In this document: positions 35,850 to 47,926 of the stretch, one piece after another
Layout: each line of letters begins with the position of its first letter
Position numbering within the stretch: position 1 is the stretch's first letter
NCBI RefSeq assembly: GCF_018977255.1
Contig: NW_024705395.1
Span: 1-48,525 of the forward strand
From: Callorhinchus milii
Taxonomy: Eukaryota
DNA: 48,525 bases
Reading direction: 5' to 3'
The notes under the pieces: generated by a model
Told to the model about the DNA's origin: nothing
Databases searched by the model: none
The model's input: only the letters and a program-made list of their open reading frames with translations
Program-made: the position numbers and the translations under genes

Positions 35850-38724
35850 TTGGAAAAGCCATGTATACAACAAGGCGGCAGCCATGCACCTCAGCCACCA
35901 ACTTTTTACGTATGGAGGTTGGCATGACGACACAGTAGGACTGTGTGTTGAGCTCCCAAAGTATCAACAGCCCATTGTAATCTACAAATGTCAAAGCTGT
36001 TGGAGGCCTGTCCTGTTCTGGGCTGGATTTAGCTTTGGCATAAATGGGGTCAAGCATCTAATTTTCCCCTGTAAACGATTCAATTCCTCTTGATCCAGTC
36101 CTAAATCACGATCGGCCAGGGGAGGCTCTTGTTTGCCTTCCCGTATGTGCACAGGTGCTGTGAGACACGCCTAGTCAGGTGAGAGTGGTTTACACCTGGG
36201 TGACCGCTTAACACATGCACAAGTACCTGCCTCGGGCAGACGCGATAAAGCATCCACATTGGTGTGGCACAACTCCTAGCTATGGACCAACTCATAGGAT
36301 AATTCTTGCAGCCTCTCAATCCACCTGTCCATTTTACCAGAGGGTTGATCGATACGTAACGGGTATTGCAGTGCTGCGGGGTCAGTCCACACCGCAAATT
36401 TTCGTCTGTACAGGTATGGCCTAAATTGCTATACAAAATGCACAATGGCCAGGAGTTCTCTCCTTGTTACACAGCAGCATTGTTTGGCCGATGAAAGTAC
36501 CCGGCTGCCATATGCTATCACCACCTCCCTGCCGACTCACCTGGGATAGATGGCCCCAATCCCTACATCGCTCGCATTTGTATCCAGTATGAAGGACAAT
36601 AAAACATCTGGGTATGCCAATGGTAGCGCCTCCGTAAGGAGTGTCCACATATTTTTAAAAGCCATGTCCTCTTCTGCACCCCACTGAAATTTCTGCCCCT
36701 TAGCTGTAAGTGCGTGTAAATGTTTTGCGATGGCCGCAATATCCTGTACAAATCTGCAGTAATATGAAACAAGGTCTATAACTCTTCTAACATCCGTTAC
36801 GGATACGAGGGTGGGCCATTCCCGAACACACTACGTCTTTTCTGGATCAGTAGTTACCCACGTTGTGCTATGTGCCCTAAATATTTTGACGGAGGGCCAT
36901 GCGAGGTGGCATTTAGAAGGCTTGAGTTTTAAATGCGCTTCCCTGATACGTGAGAAAACCAGCCTCAACCGGTGTAAGTGTTCCTGGAAGGATCGTCCGA
37001 TCACAATTACGTCCAAATATATCCGGCAAACATCCCATTGGAGACCCGTCAGTACCAGCTCCATGAGCCGACATCCGGGTAGCGTTGTCCAGATGTAAGA
37101 AATATAGATGTTCCCCTGATGGCATTTCGATGTACCCTTGGTCCGTCACAATTTTTATAGGGAGCTGGTTCAAATAGTCCATCCCCAGGAAACAGGGAAC
37201 CGTCAACGTGCTGGAGACGAGTACAGAGCCGGATGTAACAATTCTCCCACTCGAATTTGGATCTCCAGCTGCCCCAAAATCCTCATGCTTCCCCCATTTT
37301 CCGCGACGTATCGTGATTCAATGGGACACAAACACTGAGCTCTGTGGGGAAGCATATCAAAAACGTGCAGGGAGATAATATTCACTGACGCTTCCATATC
37401 TACCAGCATCCGAACCTCAGTTCCCCCCACCGAGCCTACCACCGCCGACGTCCCCGCCGTGGCTGCTACTACCCTCCGTGCCAACTTGCGCTATTGTGTC
37501 CCTGAAGCTGGCCACCATTGTGGCTGTGAGTGTCAAGAAGTGGCAAATGCATTGACAGTCGGTGTGTGCGCGAGGTCTGCGATGGGAACTGTTGAGGTGT
37601 CTGGGGTGCCGTGACTCGCCTACTGGTTGTACATAGCGGTGAAGAGCCGCCGTTGGCTTGAGAGTGGCCCCAGTAAGGCAGCATTGATGCGACACCCATG
37701 TGCGATGTGGCCTGTGTGGCTACATCGGTGGTAGGTCAGCGGATCCCAGGTCCGGCTGGATGCTCCGAGTCCCCAGGGCATCCAATGACAAGTCCTCTGG
37801 GCCGGTCCCCCGTATGTCCCCCTCACAGCGTTCAACATTTCCTCCCCAGGCAGCCCCTCATCCATTTCTTGTTTGGCGTCTTCTCTCACATTCCATTTTC
37901 TCTGAACCCCTTCCAGTCCTTGATGGGTTGAGGAGTCTACCATTTGCACAACCACACATTGTGGCCTCATCACCTTCTCATGGGATCTTATGCTCTTCGC
38001 AATCCACAAGGTCTGCTTGTCCTAATCAGTGACTGGCAAAACTATTCTTAAGGCCTGTGCCAGTGCTAACATACGGTCAGCAACCATACATTCCAGGGCC
38101 TCCGTATCCAGGCTCAGGGAAGCAGCCTGTGCCAGGGCCATGAGAGCGCTTCTGCAGTGTCGGCCCCACTAAGGGTGATTCTCCCCCCTCCTGAGGGGAT
38201 CCTTCCCTGTCTTGTTGTGGTCCCAGTGCTGTCGGTGGTGGTCATGCTCTGGCGGCGCTGGCTTCTCTGTCTTCTGCGCCATCATCTCCAGCGGTCTGTT
38301 CTGGCAGCAACCACCCTGGCCGTTACTGTTGCTTGTGGCATCCCCGCAGAAGGACTTCCCGCTTGTACAAGAGAAGCCGCTGTGGACGCCAAGGGCGGTG
38401 TCGCAAGGATTAGCAGCCACCCTGTCCTCCCGCAGCTGTTACAGGAGGAGCGTGACTGCCTCTGTTAGTTGGTGGACCCGGTCCGCCAAGGGCCTCCTCT
38501 CACGGGGTCGAGGGCCCTCCAAGGTGTCGCTCCTTGCTCCCTGCCATCTTTTCATGGTTCGGGAGCCGTTCCGACCCCGTCTGCAGACTGGGCCGTCTCC
38601 GGATCACGGCCGTCTGGGGTGCTGTGAGTAGTGTCGCGTTCCTCCCCTTCTTCGCTGGGATCTCTGTTGGGGTTCTTCTTGTTGCTGCATCGAGGCTTCT
38701 TGTTATCCCACAGTTACCACCAGT
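35850..38724 (-). pseudogene. Heavily degenerate Gypsy gag-pol with a tRNA-Leu(AAG/TAG)-like PBS at ~38706-38722 and an LTR edge at 38725
   Basis: RT MELVLTGLQWDVCRIYLDVIVIGRSFQEHL, protease VRMLVDMEASVNIIS, knuckle relic YHRCSHTGHIAHGC and integrase leader VVMPTSIRKKLVAEVHG. The minus strand reads CTACA-AC-TGGTGGTAACTGTGGGA. Confidence 0.8.
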
Positions 38725-39257
38725 TGTAGAGAGTCCACCAGACGAAGCATGAGGGTTGACACTTTATTTTTCCGTGGGCTCACGCCTTGTTTGTTCCTCT
38801 CCCAGAAGTAGAACGATCGCCCCACCTCTCCTGATGACGTCACCTTTTTCAAATAAACGCATGCCTATTAAGCTCACCATACGTCAATAGGGAATACCTG
38901 TTGGATGACTAGAACAGGTACTGCTATTTTAGTGCATACAACTGACAGGAGGTACAAGAACAATGTGCATGCATAATGTGCGTGTATAATGTATGTTGAT
39001 TACCATATGAATAACCTAACCGGTAATGTATACCCATTGCAATTTATATGCATTCATTAATTCCATCCCTTCGCAATTGAAGGGCTCACGACTGACGTCA
39101 TCACATCTATCCTTCTATTTAAGGAACGAAACAGGAGGATTTCTCCATAAATCTGGCTGTCCACCTGGTGATGCTAGTTGTTATTACTGGCGAAACGTCG
39201 TACTCACATTATAAATGTTGTGGATTTGCTCTCCAACACACCATTGTGCTGTACTAG

Positions 39258-39697
39258 TGTAATAAAGTATTTCCACGACAATGCTTGTTGGGTGCTTCTT
39301 TATCCCCAACAGTATAGCACAGCTTCGCTTCACTTCCCGATGGTTTCACTCTCCCAACCCATAGATGAGGCGCCTCTCTCTCTCTCCACGTTCCCGCGTG
39401 GCTCACTCCTCTCTTCCGGCCTCACCGCTGGCTGACGGCGCACTGGAAGCGGAGGCGAGCTTCGAGGGAAGATCCGCCACGTGGCCCGTGGGCCGTGGCG
39501 AGGAGGAGAAGGGCATTGCCGCCGTCTGGAACCCAGACTCCCACACTGACCCCGAACCTTCCCCCTAATCTCCCTTATATCCCCCTCGGGCCTCACCGGC
39601 CCGATCATATCCCCCCTCTAGGATTGGATCACGATGACATCATTGTGCCTGCACTGGTTACCCTCTGGTATCCCCTGGATGGCGCTCCCTCATTACA
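39258..39697 (-). repeat. 3' LTR of another Gypsy relic; PPT at ~39701-39711
   Basis: TGTAAT...ATTACA inverted termini. An adjacent C-run (G-run on minus) lies just downstream of the integrase. Confidence 0.65.
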
Positions 39698-39881
39698 TCA
39701 CCCCCCCCCCCGTAATAAAAATACTAGCCATCCCGGCTAGAGATAAAACGCCAATACGAGTATTGAGGAGACGGAAGCGTGGGCGCATGTGGCGTGTGTG
39801 CAGAGGGTAGCACTGAATAGGCCGAGGCCAACACAACATAGAACATTAACAAGAGAACAACATTCAATGTTAACAAGAGAA

Positions 39882-40787
39882 TCAACGGAAGCGAAGCGTC
39901 TTGGAGCGAGTCCATGACGCCGGACTGGTATCAGGAACTGCCCCCTGCTGGCCCTTGGACAGCACGCCGGGTGGCAGGATGAGCGACGGCGGAGCGGAGG
40001 GCTCTATCGCAGGAGGGCCAGCCTCGGACACTGTGGAAGGTAAAACAGAGCCCTTCGGGTGGTCATCATGTAACCGTGCCATCCCCGGTTCGTCAGACAC
40101 GTCAGACTTTGGCAGTCCAATTGATGGAGATGAAGGGGTAAGTTGAGGAACAAACGGCTTCAGCTGCGAAGGGTGAACAAACCAACATCGGCGGCCCGCC
40201 TGGATGCGCACACATTGTGGCTGAAGGATTGGGATCACTTCCAATGGTCCCCACCAGGGCTTATGCAGCTTAGGGGAGGTGCCAACGGGAACTTGAGGGA
40301 AATGCAACCAAGCCCTGTCCCCAACAGACCACGGCACCTGACGGTCAGACCTGCGAAAAAGAGGTTCACTTCGCTCTTGTGTCTTGGCGGTATTGAGTTT
40401 GGCCGCCTCTCGTGCGTCAGAAAGACGTCGCAAGGATTCACGGACATGTTCAGGCAGTCTAGACTTAGAATCAGCAATCGGTACTCCCAATTGGGTATCA
40501 ATAGGTGGCACGTTCTCTCAGCCGTACATAAGGAAGAACAGCAAAAACCCCGTAGAAGCATGAGGGGCCATCCTATATGCAGTGAGCACACTAGGCACCT
40601 GCAGATCCAATCCGCCTGCTTGGCGTCCACTGTCTGACATCAGCATGGTGGACAGGGTCCTGTTCAGGCGTTCGACCATACCATCCGTCTGAGAATGATA
40701 CGGTGACGTCCTGATTTTCTTAGTACCAAACGCATCACAAACCTCGCGCAACAACTTAGAGGAGAAATTCCGGCCTAGGTCCATAAG
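39882..40787 (-). pseudogene. Gypsy integrase C-terminal half, interrupted by Tc1
   Basis: MDLGRNFSSKLLREVCDAFGTKKIRTSPYHSQTDGMVERLNRTL ... SPKLHKPWWGPLEV (GPY/F-like). Confidence 0.9.
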
Positions 40788-40789
40788 TA

Positions 40790-41886
40790 CAGTGAGGGAA
40801 AAAAGTATTTGATCCGCTGCTGATTTTGTACGTTTTCCCACTGACAAAGAAATGATCAGTCTATAATTGTAATAGTAGGTTTATTTCAACAGTGAGAGAC
40901 AGAATAACAACAACAAAATCCAGAAAAACGCATGTCAAAAATTTTATATATTGATTTGCATTTTAATGAGGGAAATAAGTATTTGACCCCTATGCAAAAC
41001 ATGACTTAGTACTTGGTGGCAAAACCCTTGTTGGCAATCACAGAGGTCAGACGTTTCTTGTAGTTGGCCACCAGGTTTGCACAAATCTCAGGAGGGATTT
41101 TGTCCCACTCCTCTTTGCAGATCTTCTCCAAGTCATTAAGGTTTCGAGGCTGACGTTTGGCAACTCGAACCTGGTACATGGCCCCGTTCATCGTCCCTTT
41201 GATGCGGTGAAGTTGTTCTGTCCCCTTAGCAGAAAAACACCCCCAAAGCATAATGTTTCCACCTCCATGTTTGACAGTGGGGATGGTGTTCTTGGGGTCA
41301 TAGGCAGCATTCCTCCTCCTCCAAACACGGTGAGTTGAGTTGATGCCAAAGAGCTCCATTTTGGTCTCATCTGACCACAACACTTTCACCCAGTTGTCCT
41401 CTGAATCATTCAGATGTTCATTGGCAAACTTCATAGGGCATGTATATGTGCTTTCTTGAGCAGGGGGACCTTGCGGGCGCTGCAGGATTTCAGTCCTTCA
41501 CGGCATAGTGTGTTACCCACTGTTTTCTTGGTGACTATGGTCCAGCTGCCTTGAGATCATTGACAAGATCCTCCCGTGTAGTTTTGGGCTGATTCCTCAC
41601 CGTTCTCATGATCATTGCAACTCCACGAGGTGAGATCTTGCATGGAGCCCCAGGCCGACGGAGATTGACAGTTATTTTGTGTTTCTTACATTTGCGAATA
41701 ATCGCACCAACTGTTGTCACCTTCTCACTAAGCTGCTTGGCGATGGTCTTGTAGCCCATTACAGCCTTGTGTAGGTCTACAATATTGTCCCTGACATCCT
41801 TGGAGAGCTCTTTGGTCTTGGCCATGGTAGAGAGTTTGGAATCTGATTGATTGATTGCTTCTATGAACAGGTGTCTTTTATACAGG
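40790..41886 (-). mobile_element. Tc1/mariner DNA transposon; only one TIR is in the window and it is interrupted by Gypsy at 41887
   Basis: TA|CAGTGAGGGAAAAAAGTATTTGATCC terminus, with the internal direct repeat GAGGGAAATAAGTATTTGACCCC (IR/DR type) and a transposase. Confidence 0.92.
41006..41825 (-). pseudogene. Tc1 transposase, defective (frameshifts; internal deletion in the DDE domain)
   Basis: [20 protein letters not shown]... (paired-like HTH), VLWSDETK and [19 protein letters not shown] joins directly to QVRVAKRQ, so the QQDND...SPDLNPIE segment is missing. Confidence 0.9.
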
Positions 41887-42635
41887 TGTAGGACCTGAAA
41901 TACACGCGCCACACGCTCTGTGGGTCTGTTGCTATGCAAGCAAGCAAGGGTACAGTAGGGGGTATTTGAGGACAAGGTTGTTGTTGCGGAGGCGTGAGAG
42001 GAGACGCGTTAAGTGCAGAACAGGTGGTAAGGGCAACCGGGATACGGGCCGGTGATTGGTTAGGAGGGTGATTGCTTAACGACTGGCATCGCTCAGGCGG
42101 GGACAACAAGTCACGTGAGGCTGGGGGCCTGGGGGGCGAGGGGTAATTGAGGGGTGAGATAATTAATAGGGACAAATTGGGGTGGATATAAAAGGATAGC
42201 GTAACGGAGAGAGAGGGAGTCTTGGTCAGAGTTTTGGGGAAGCTGGAGTTTGTTAGAGCTGGAGTCTGGAGAAGAGTTGGAGTGACGGTGCCCAGAATAG
42301 CGAAAGCAGGAACAAGAGAATATGATAACGGTAGCAGTGGGGAGAGAGAGATAGGTCAAGTACGGTAGCAGCGGATAGAGGAGACAGAGTGAGTGGCAGC
42401 AGTGGTAGCAGTGGTAGCAGTGGTAGCAGTGCATCAGAGAAGATACGGAGCAGGGTAGCAGCGGAGCGACGGACCCTGGGAGAGCTGGAGAGAGAACGGA
42501 GGGACATAGAGCGCGTTGATGGCGGATGGTGTGGCGGAGCGAACGGGTGGCCACGGAGCGGTGATGAGGAGAAGGTGTGGACCTTATGGAGCAAATAAAC
42601 GGGACGAGAAAGACAATCTGAGTACAAGTCCTACA
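41887..42635 (+). repeat. 5' LTR (749 bp)
   Basis: TGTAGGAC...GTCCTACA inverted termini, TATAAAA at ~42187, AATAAA at ~42594 and a (GCAGTGGTA)n tract. Repeated at 47927-48525. Confidence 0.92.
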
Positions 42636-42637
42636 AC

Positions 42638-42651
42638 TGGCGTCAGAAGTG
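42638..42651 (+). promoter_or_regulatory. Primer-binding site, tRNA-Leu(CAA/CAG)
   Basis: TGGCGTCAGAAGTG, 2 nt after the LTR. Confidence 0.85.
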
Positions 42652-43950
42652 ATTAACGAAACGCGCCGAGATGTCAAAAAAAGTTATGAAGAAGAAGAAC
42701 TTGCCAACACATCGTCGGCCGACAGCAGCGATGCGGACGTGATACCTCCATCGGGAGTGGAGGCTCCCGCATCTCCGGGGGACGTGACTGAGCAAGCGCC
42801 GCTGCACGGCGCGGGCGACCCGGGCGACGAGGAAGAGCCGAGCCCGCCGCACGTATGGAGAGCTACAATGGCGGTGTGGGAGGCCAGGATGGCGGCGCTC
42901 ACGCAAGAATTTGATCGATTCCTGCAGTCAATACGGGAGGCGCCGACGGGATTGGATCAGCGGCCGCACGACCTCGTTACATCGGCGGGGGCCGGTGGCG
43001 CGGATGGATCTCCGAGGCACCAGGTGTGCAGCTGGACGCTGAGGAGGAGCTGGAGGCGCCACCCTCGAGCACGCCACGCCGACTGCACGTGGAACGCTTC
43101 GAGGTCACAGTCGGCGACTGGACGGCGTTTACACGACGATTTCGGGTAGCGTATGAATCACTCGGGTGGACGGAAGCTCAAGCGCTACGGGCCCTGCCAA
43201 CGGCCTTGGACGACGACTCGCTGGTGACGTTTTACGGCCTCCCTCGGGGAGTTCGCTTGTCATTGTCAGGGATATTCACGGCGATGCAGAACATTTACGA
43301 ACCTCGCTCGGTCGCCAAGCATAAGTTTCAGTTGAGGCGACGGGCGGAGGGAGAGTCTCCCCTCGTGTACTGCAGTGCGCTATTGACCCTGGGCCAAGCG
43401 GCTTACCCGGCAATGGACGAGGCTGCCCTTGATTCCTTGGCTCAGGAGAAACTGTTGCAGATGGCGAAGGAGCTACGAGTCGTCCACTCACTTCCCAGCG
43501 AAAACGACGACGACGGGTCATCTTTGCAGCTTGCCAGGAACATCCAGGTCAACCTGGATCTTCGCGACGAGCCATCGGCGGTGCCACCACAGCCCCTGGT
43601 GGTGGGCGTCTGGGCGGATGGAGGTCTACCGGAGTGCGAGCCGACGTCGCTGACGGCAGCGGCCGCACGACCGCCGTTGTGGCCACGCCGTCGCTCGGAT
43701 GTGGGCGGACGTGGCGGCCGCTGCGGTGCTACGAGTGCGGGCGTCGAGGACACTTCGCACGGGACTGCTGGAGACGGAGAGGCGTCTTCCCGCGTTCATC
43801 AGGAGCCTACAATCGCGGATTCTACCCAGCGCAGGATTACCAGGCGAGTCGCGACACATGCAATACACAGCCGTATCCTACACTTCACCCATCCGCGACG
43901 ACACACGATGTTGATCCTCCTTCGTATGATGCGCATGGAAATGCTGTGTG
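42649..43950 (+). pseudogene. gag: Gypsy Gag (frameshifted) with CCHC zinc knuckle
   Basis: ORFs 42649..43149 and 43026..44003 (GDWTAFTRRF...ALPTALDDD); CYECGRRGHFARDC at ~43728-43770. Confidence 0.85.
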
Positions 43951-46900
43951 GGGTGCGTTGGCTCATCGTGTTTTGGGAGCCGCGCCGGGTTCGTCGGATG
44001 TGATGGCGCTTGTTCAAGGGATTCAAGTTCGGGTTATTGTCGATACGGGGGCATTAGCGACGCTTATTTCTTTGCAAACCTTCCGATTATTACCTACCTC
44101 GCCCCACGGGTTGGAACCAGTGGATGGGCCATGTATAGCGGCAAATGGGGGTAGTTTGGGAATTATGGGTCGAATATTAGCAACGATACTGGTCGGGGAG
44201 GTGTGTGTAACTGGATACGTTTTGGTTTCCACTGTTCTGGCTGTACCTTGTTTGTTAGGCACGGATTTTTTGCAAAAGATGCCCATTAAGATTTCGATTG
44301 AGAAAGGACGATTGGAATTGCCATCAGGGAAGTGCCTAAAATTTTTGGGAACTCCGTCTAAATTTGCTCGGGTCAACGCTGTGGTCCAGGCGGTGGTTAG
44401 CCGCACGGTGCGCGTTCCGCCTGCGACGCAGATGCTTGTCCCGTTAAGATTGAAAAAAGGGCTTTCAGTAGGTTACTTGGGGGAAGGCATTCTGTTGTCG
44501 CCCTCAAATGTCGTGACACGAATGCCCTCTTTGGTGGGTGCTTTTACGATGGTGCCAGCGACGGCCGAACCGTTCATTCAGATTGTGAACACGGGGCACG
44601 AGCCGGTTGTTATTCAGGAAGGGACTACATTGGCGCACGCGTCAGTCGCGCGAGGTTCGGAAGGTGATGCGTGTTTGGCAGCTGGGGGTTGTGATACGCT
44701 GCCACGGGCGGAGGAAGAACCGAGCTGGTTTCGCGAGTTGTATGAAGGCAACGACGATTTGACACCCGAGCAGCGACGCGGTTAAGGAAGTTGCTTTGGG
44801 AATTCAAGGCATGTTTTTAGCTCAGGGAAGTTTGATGTCGGTCGCACGACCTTATTGCGGCATCACATTGATACTAGAGATTCGCCCCCTATTCGACTGA
44901 ATCCTCACCGTGTGAGCCCGCTGGAGAAGGATTGCATTCGGAAATCGGTTGACGAGATGTTACAACAGGATATCGTCTCCCCTTCTTCCAGCCCATGGGG
45001 AGCCCGATTGTGTTGGTTAAAAACAAGATGGTTCTCTGCGATTTTGTGTGGATTACCGCAAATTGAATAAGGTTTCGGTGGCGGATGCATACCCGCTCCC
45101 GCGCATTGATGACTCATTGGACGCATTGTCCGGTGCTAAATTTTTTTCCACGTTGGACCTCTTGTCGGGCTTTTGGCAATTCCTTTGGACGAGGAATCTA
45201 AACCAAAGACGGCCTTTCGCACGCCGCAAGGGCTGTTTCAATTTAATGTACTACCGATGGGGCTGCACTCTGCACCAGCCACTTTTCAAAGATTGATGGA
45301 ACTTGTGTTGTCTGGATTGCAGTGGGAGTCGTGTTTAATATACCTTGACGACGTCATTGTGTTCAGTAAGGATTTTGAAGGACATTTGCAGCGGCTACGG
45401 GCTGTGTTTGGCAGGGTACGTGACGCCAATTTGAAATTTAAACCCCAGAAATGTCATCTGTTGAGAACGTCAGTTAAGTATCTGGGGCATGTGGTCAGCG
45501 AAGCGGGGGTCGCCACAGACCCGGAGAAAACTAGTTGTGTTCGTACGTGGCCAGTGCCTAAACAGTGTCGGAAGTACGTAGCTTCGTGGGATTTGCGTCA
45601 TACTACCGTCGATTTGTTAAAAACTTTGCCACAATTGCGAGGCCGCTGCACACGCTGACTGCTAAGGGTAAGAAGTTTCTGTGGGGTGACGAGGAACAGC
45701 GTTCATTTGAAACGCTCCGGGACGCTTTGGCAGACGCACCGCCGCTCGGGTATCCAAATTTTGCGGAAATGTTTATTTTGGACACCGATGCCAGTGATAC
45801 GGGCATCGGCGCTGTATTGTCGCAAACGATTGACGGAGTTGAAAGGGTCGTCGCGTATGGCAGCCGGGTACTGTCCCCGGCGGAGCAAAGATATTGTGTA
45901 ACACGCAGGGAATTGTTGGCGATTGTACACTTTGTGCAGCTGTATCGACCATACTTATACGGCCGACAATTTTTGGTCCGCACCGACCACGCGGCACTGC
46001 AGTACTCCTTGCGGATCGATCAACCCTCGGGCCAAATGGCCCGCTGGCTTGAGGTCCTGCAGGGATACTCATTCACGGTCCAGCACAGGAAAGGTACGCG
46101 TCACGTTAACGCGGATGCTCTGTCCCGATTGCCTCAGGCATCGGGCTTGTGTAGATGCTCCGAGGGATCGCTGCGCTGTGGGCCGCCGCTGCAGAGCATT
46201 CCGGGCATGGCCGCTGCAGCTAATGCGACCCAGCTTGACGAAGCACCGGCTAAAGAGCCTGGCTTGCTGGGATTGTCACGGGATCGTTGGGTGCGCTTGC
46301 AAGTAGACGATCCCTCGCTTACCAGAATGAGGCTACGGGCCTCTCGTTCCAAACAGTCGGATGATCGGGCCTTTCTTCGACTCATTGACGACCTCCTGGT
46401 CAGATGGGATGTCGTCTTGCAGAAGTTTTGTATTGTCGTACCACTGTGTTTGAGAGGGGAACTTATTCGCGACACGCACGAGCGATTGATGCATCTGGGG
46501 GAAAAGAAAACGGCTTTGACTTTGAGTAACGATTTCTATTGGCCAGGATTACAGAATGATGTTCATTTGTATGTTAAAGCTTGTCACGAGTGTGCACGGC
46601 GAAAGGCGCCGGCACAGCCATATCGGGTACCATTGCAGTCAATTCGTGTTTCGCGAGTCAACGAGATTGTGGCCCTTGATATTCTGGGACCGTTCCCCGT
46701 TACACCGCGGGGTCACAAATACCTGCTTGTGGGGGTCGAGTACCTCACTCGGTGGCCTATGGCATGGCCGCTGGCGGACCAATCGGCAGGATCAATCGTG
46801 GAGGCCTTCCTGCAGGGTTACGTTTTTGATAAAGGTGCCCCGGAGCACCTGCTTACGGACCAGGGTAAAAAATTTCGTCCCGCCTATTGAAAGAAGTGTG

Positions 46901-47620
46901 TGACGCATTGGGTACAAGGAAAATTCGGACATCCCCATACCACCCGCAAACCGACGGGATGGTCGAACGTCTTCATCGAACATTGACATCTATGTTGTGC
47001 CAACAGGTTAATTCGGCCCAGACAGATTGGGATTTACATGTCCCGGCGGCTTTGGCCGCTTATAGATTAGCCCCACACGCTTCTACAGGGTATTCGCCCT
47101 TCTATTTGATGTATGGTCGTGAACCAGAAGCCCGGCCCTGGTCAGGCTGGGTGTGAAATCTAAGAGTAAGTCGCAAGCGGTGCCTGTCCCCATGCGTGAG
47201 GCATTGGATCGGTTGAAAGAGGCCAGGGAGGCCTCGCTGGGGAATACAGAACGAAGGCAGGCTGCTAATGAGCGCCTGCACGGTACACAGGCTCCACGGG
47301 AACCATGGCTAGTGGGGGACAAGGCCTGGTTACATTGTCCGATGGTGCCGGTGGGCACATCACCGAAATTCCATCGGCCCTTGCAGGGGCCCGTTGAGAT
47401 TGTGGAAGTTTGTCGGGATCAGAGTGTAAGGATTCGATACGGTCGGCGGTTGTGGCACATTCACCCGTCGTGGTTGAAGAGATATGTGGTGCCTTATGAT
47501 GCGTCATCTCCCATCCCGGAACGGCCTGTATTGGATGTGTCCGACGAGCGTGCTGGGGGCGGCGGAAGGACGCACCTCAGCAGTCTACCCCCCGTGTGTC
47601 TGCAGGACTCCCATTTTTGA
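43950..47620 (+). pseudogene. pol: Gypsy Pol (protease, RT, RNase H, integrase) split by several frameshifts
   Basis: IVDTGA; DYRKLN, YPLPRID, KTAF, LPMGL and YLDD; LDTDAS, RELLAI, TDH and NADALSR; H-H-C-C (HERLMH...CHEC), LDILGP, TDQG and GMVER; FHRPLQGPVE. Confidence 0.95.
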
Positions 47621-47926
47621 GGCAGGGGACACCCCGGGACGCACGAGGCCACGTTGGGATCTCATCGAGGAATGGACAGTGGGACGGAGATGGACGCACG
47701 GTTCGGGCAGAACGCTGCCCCGCGCCCACGGACAGAGATACCCTGGCCCCTGTTCAGTCGAGTCGGGGTGACGGACCGGCCGCGGGAACCCGCTCAAGGA
47801 GATTGACTTTTTCTTGAAACTTTGGGGACTCGGGGGGATTGTGTACATTTGCTGTCTGTTGTGGTTTTCTTGTATGTTGTCGTTTCCGCGTGGCGCGTTG
47901 TGCTTAGCCGGGACGGCTAACTTTTT

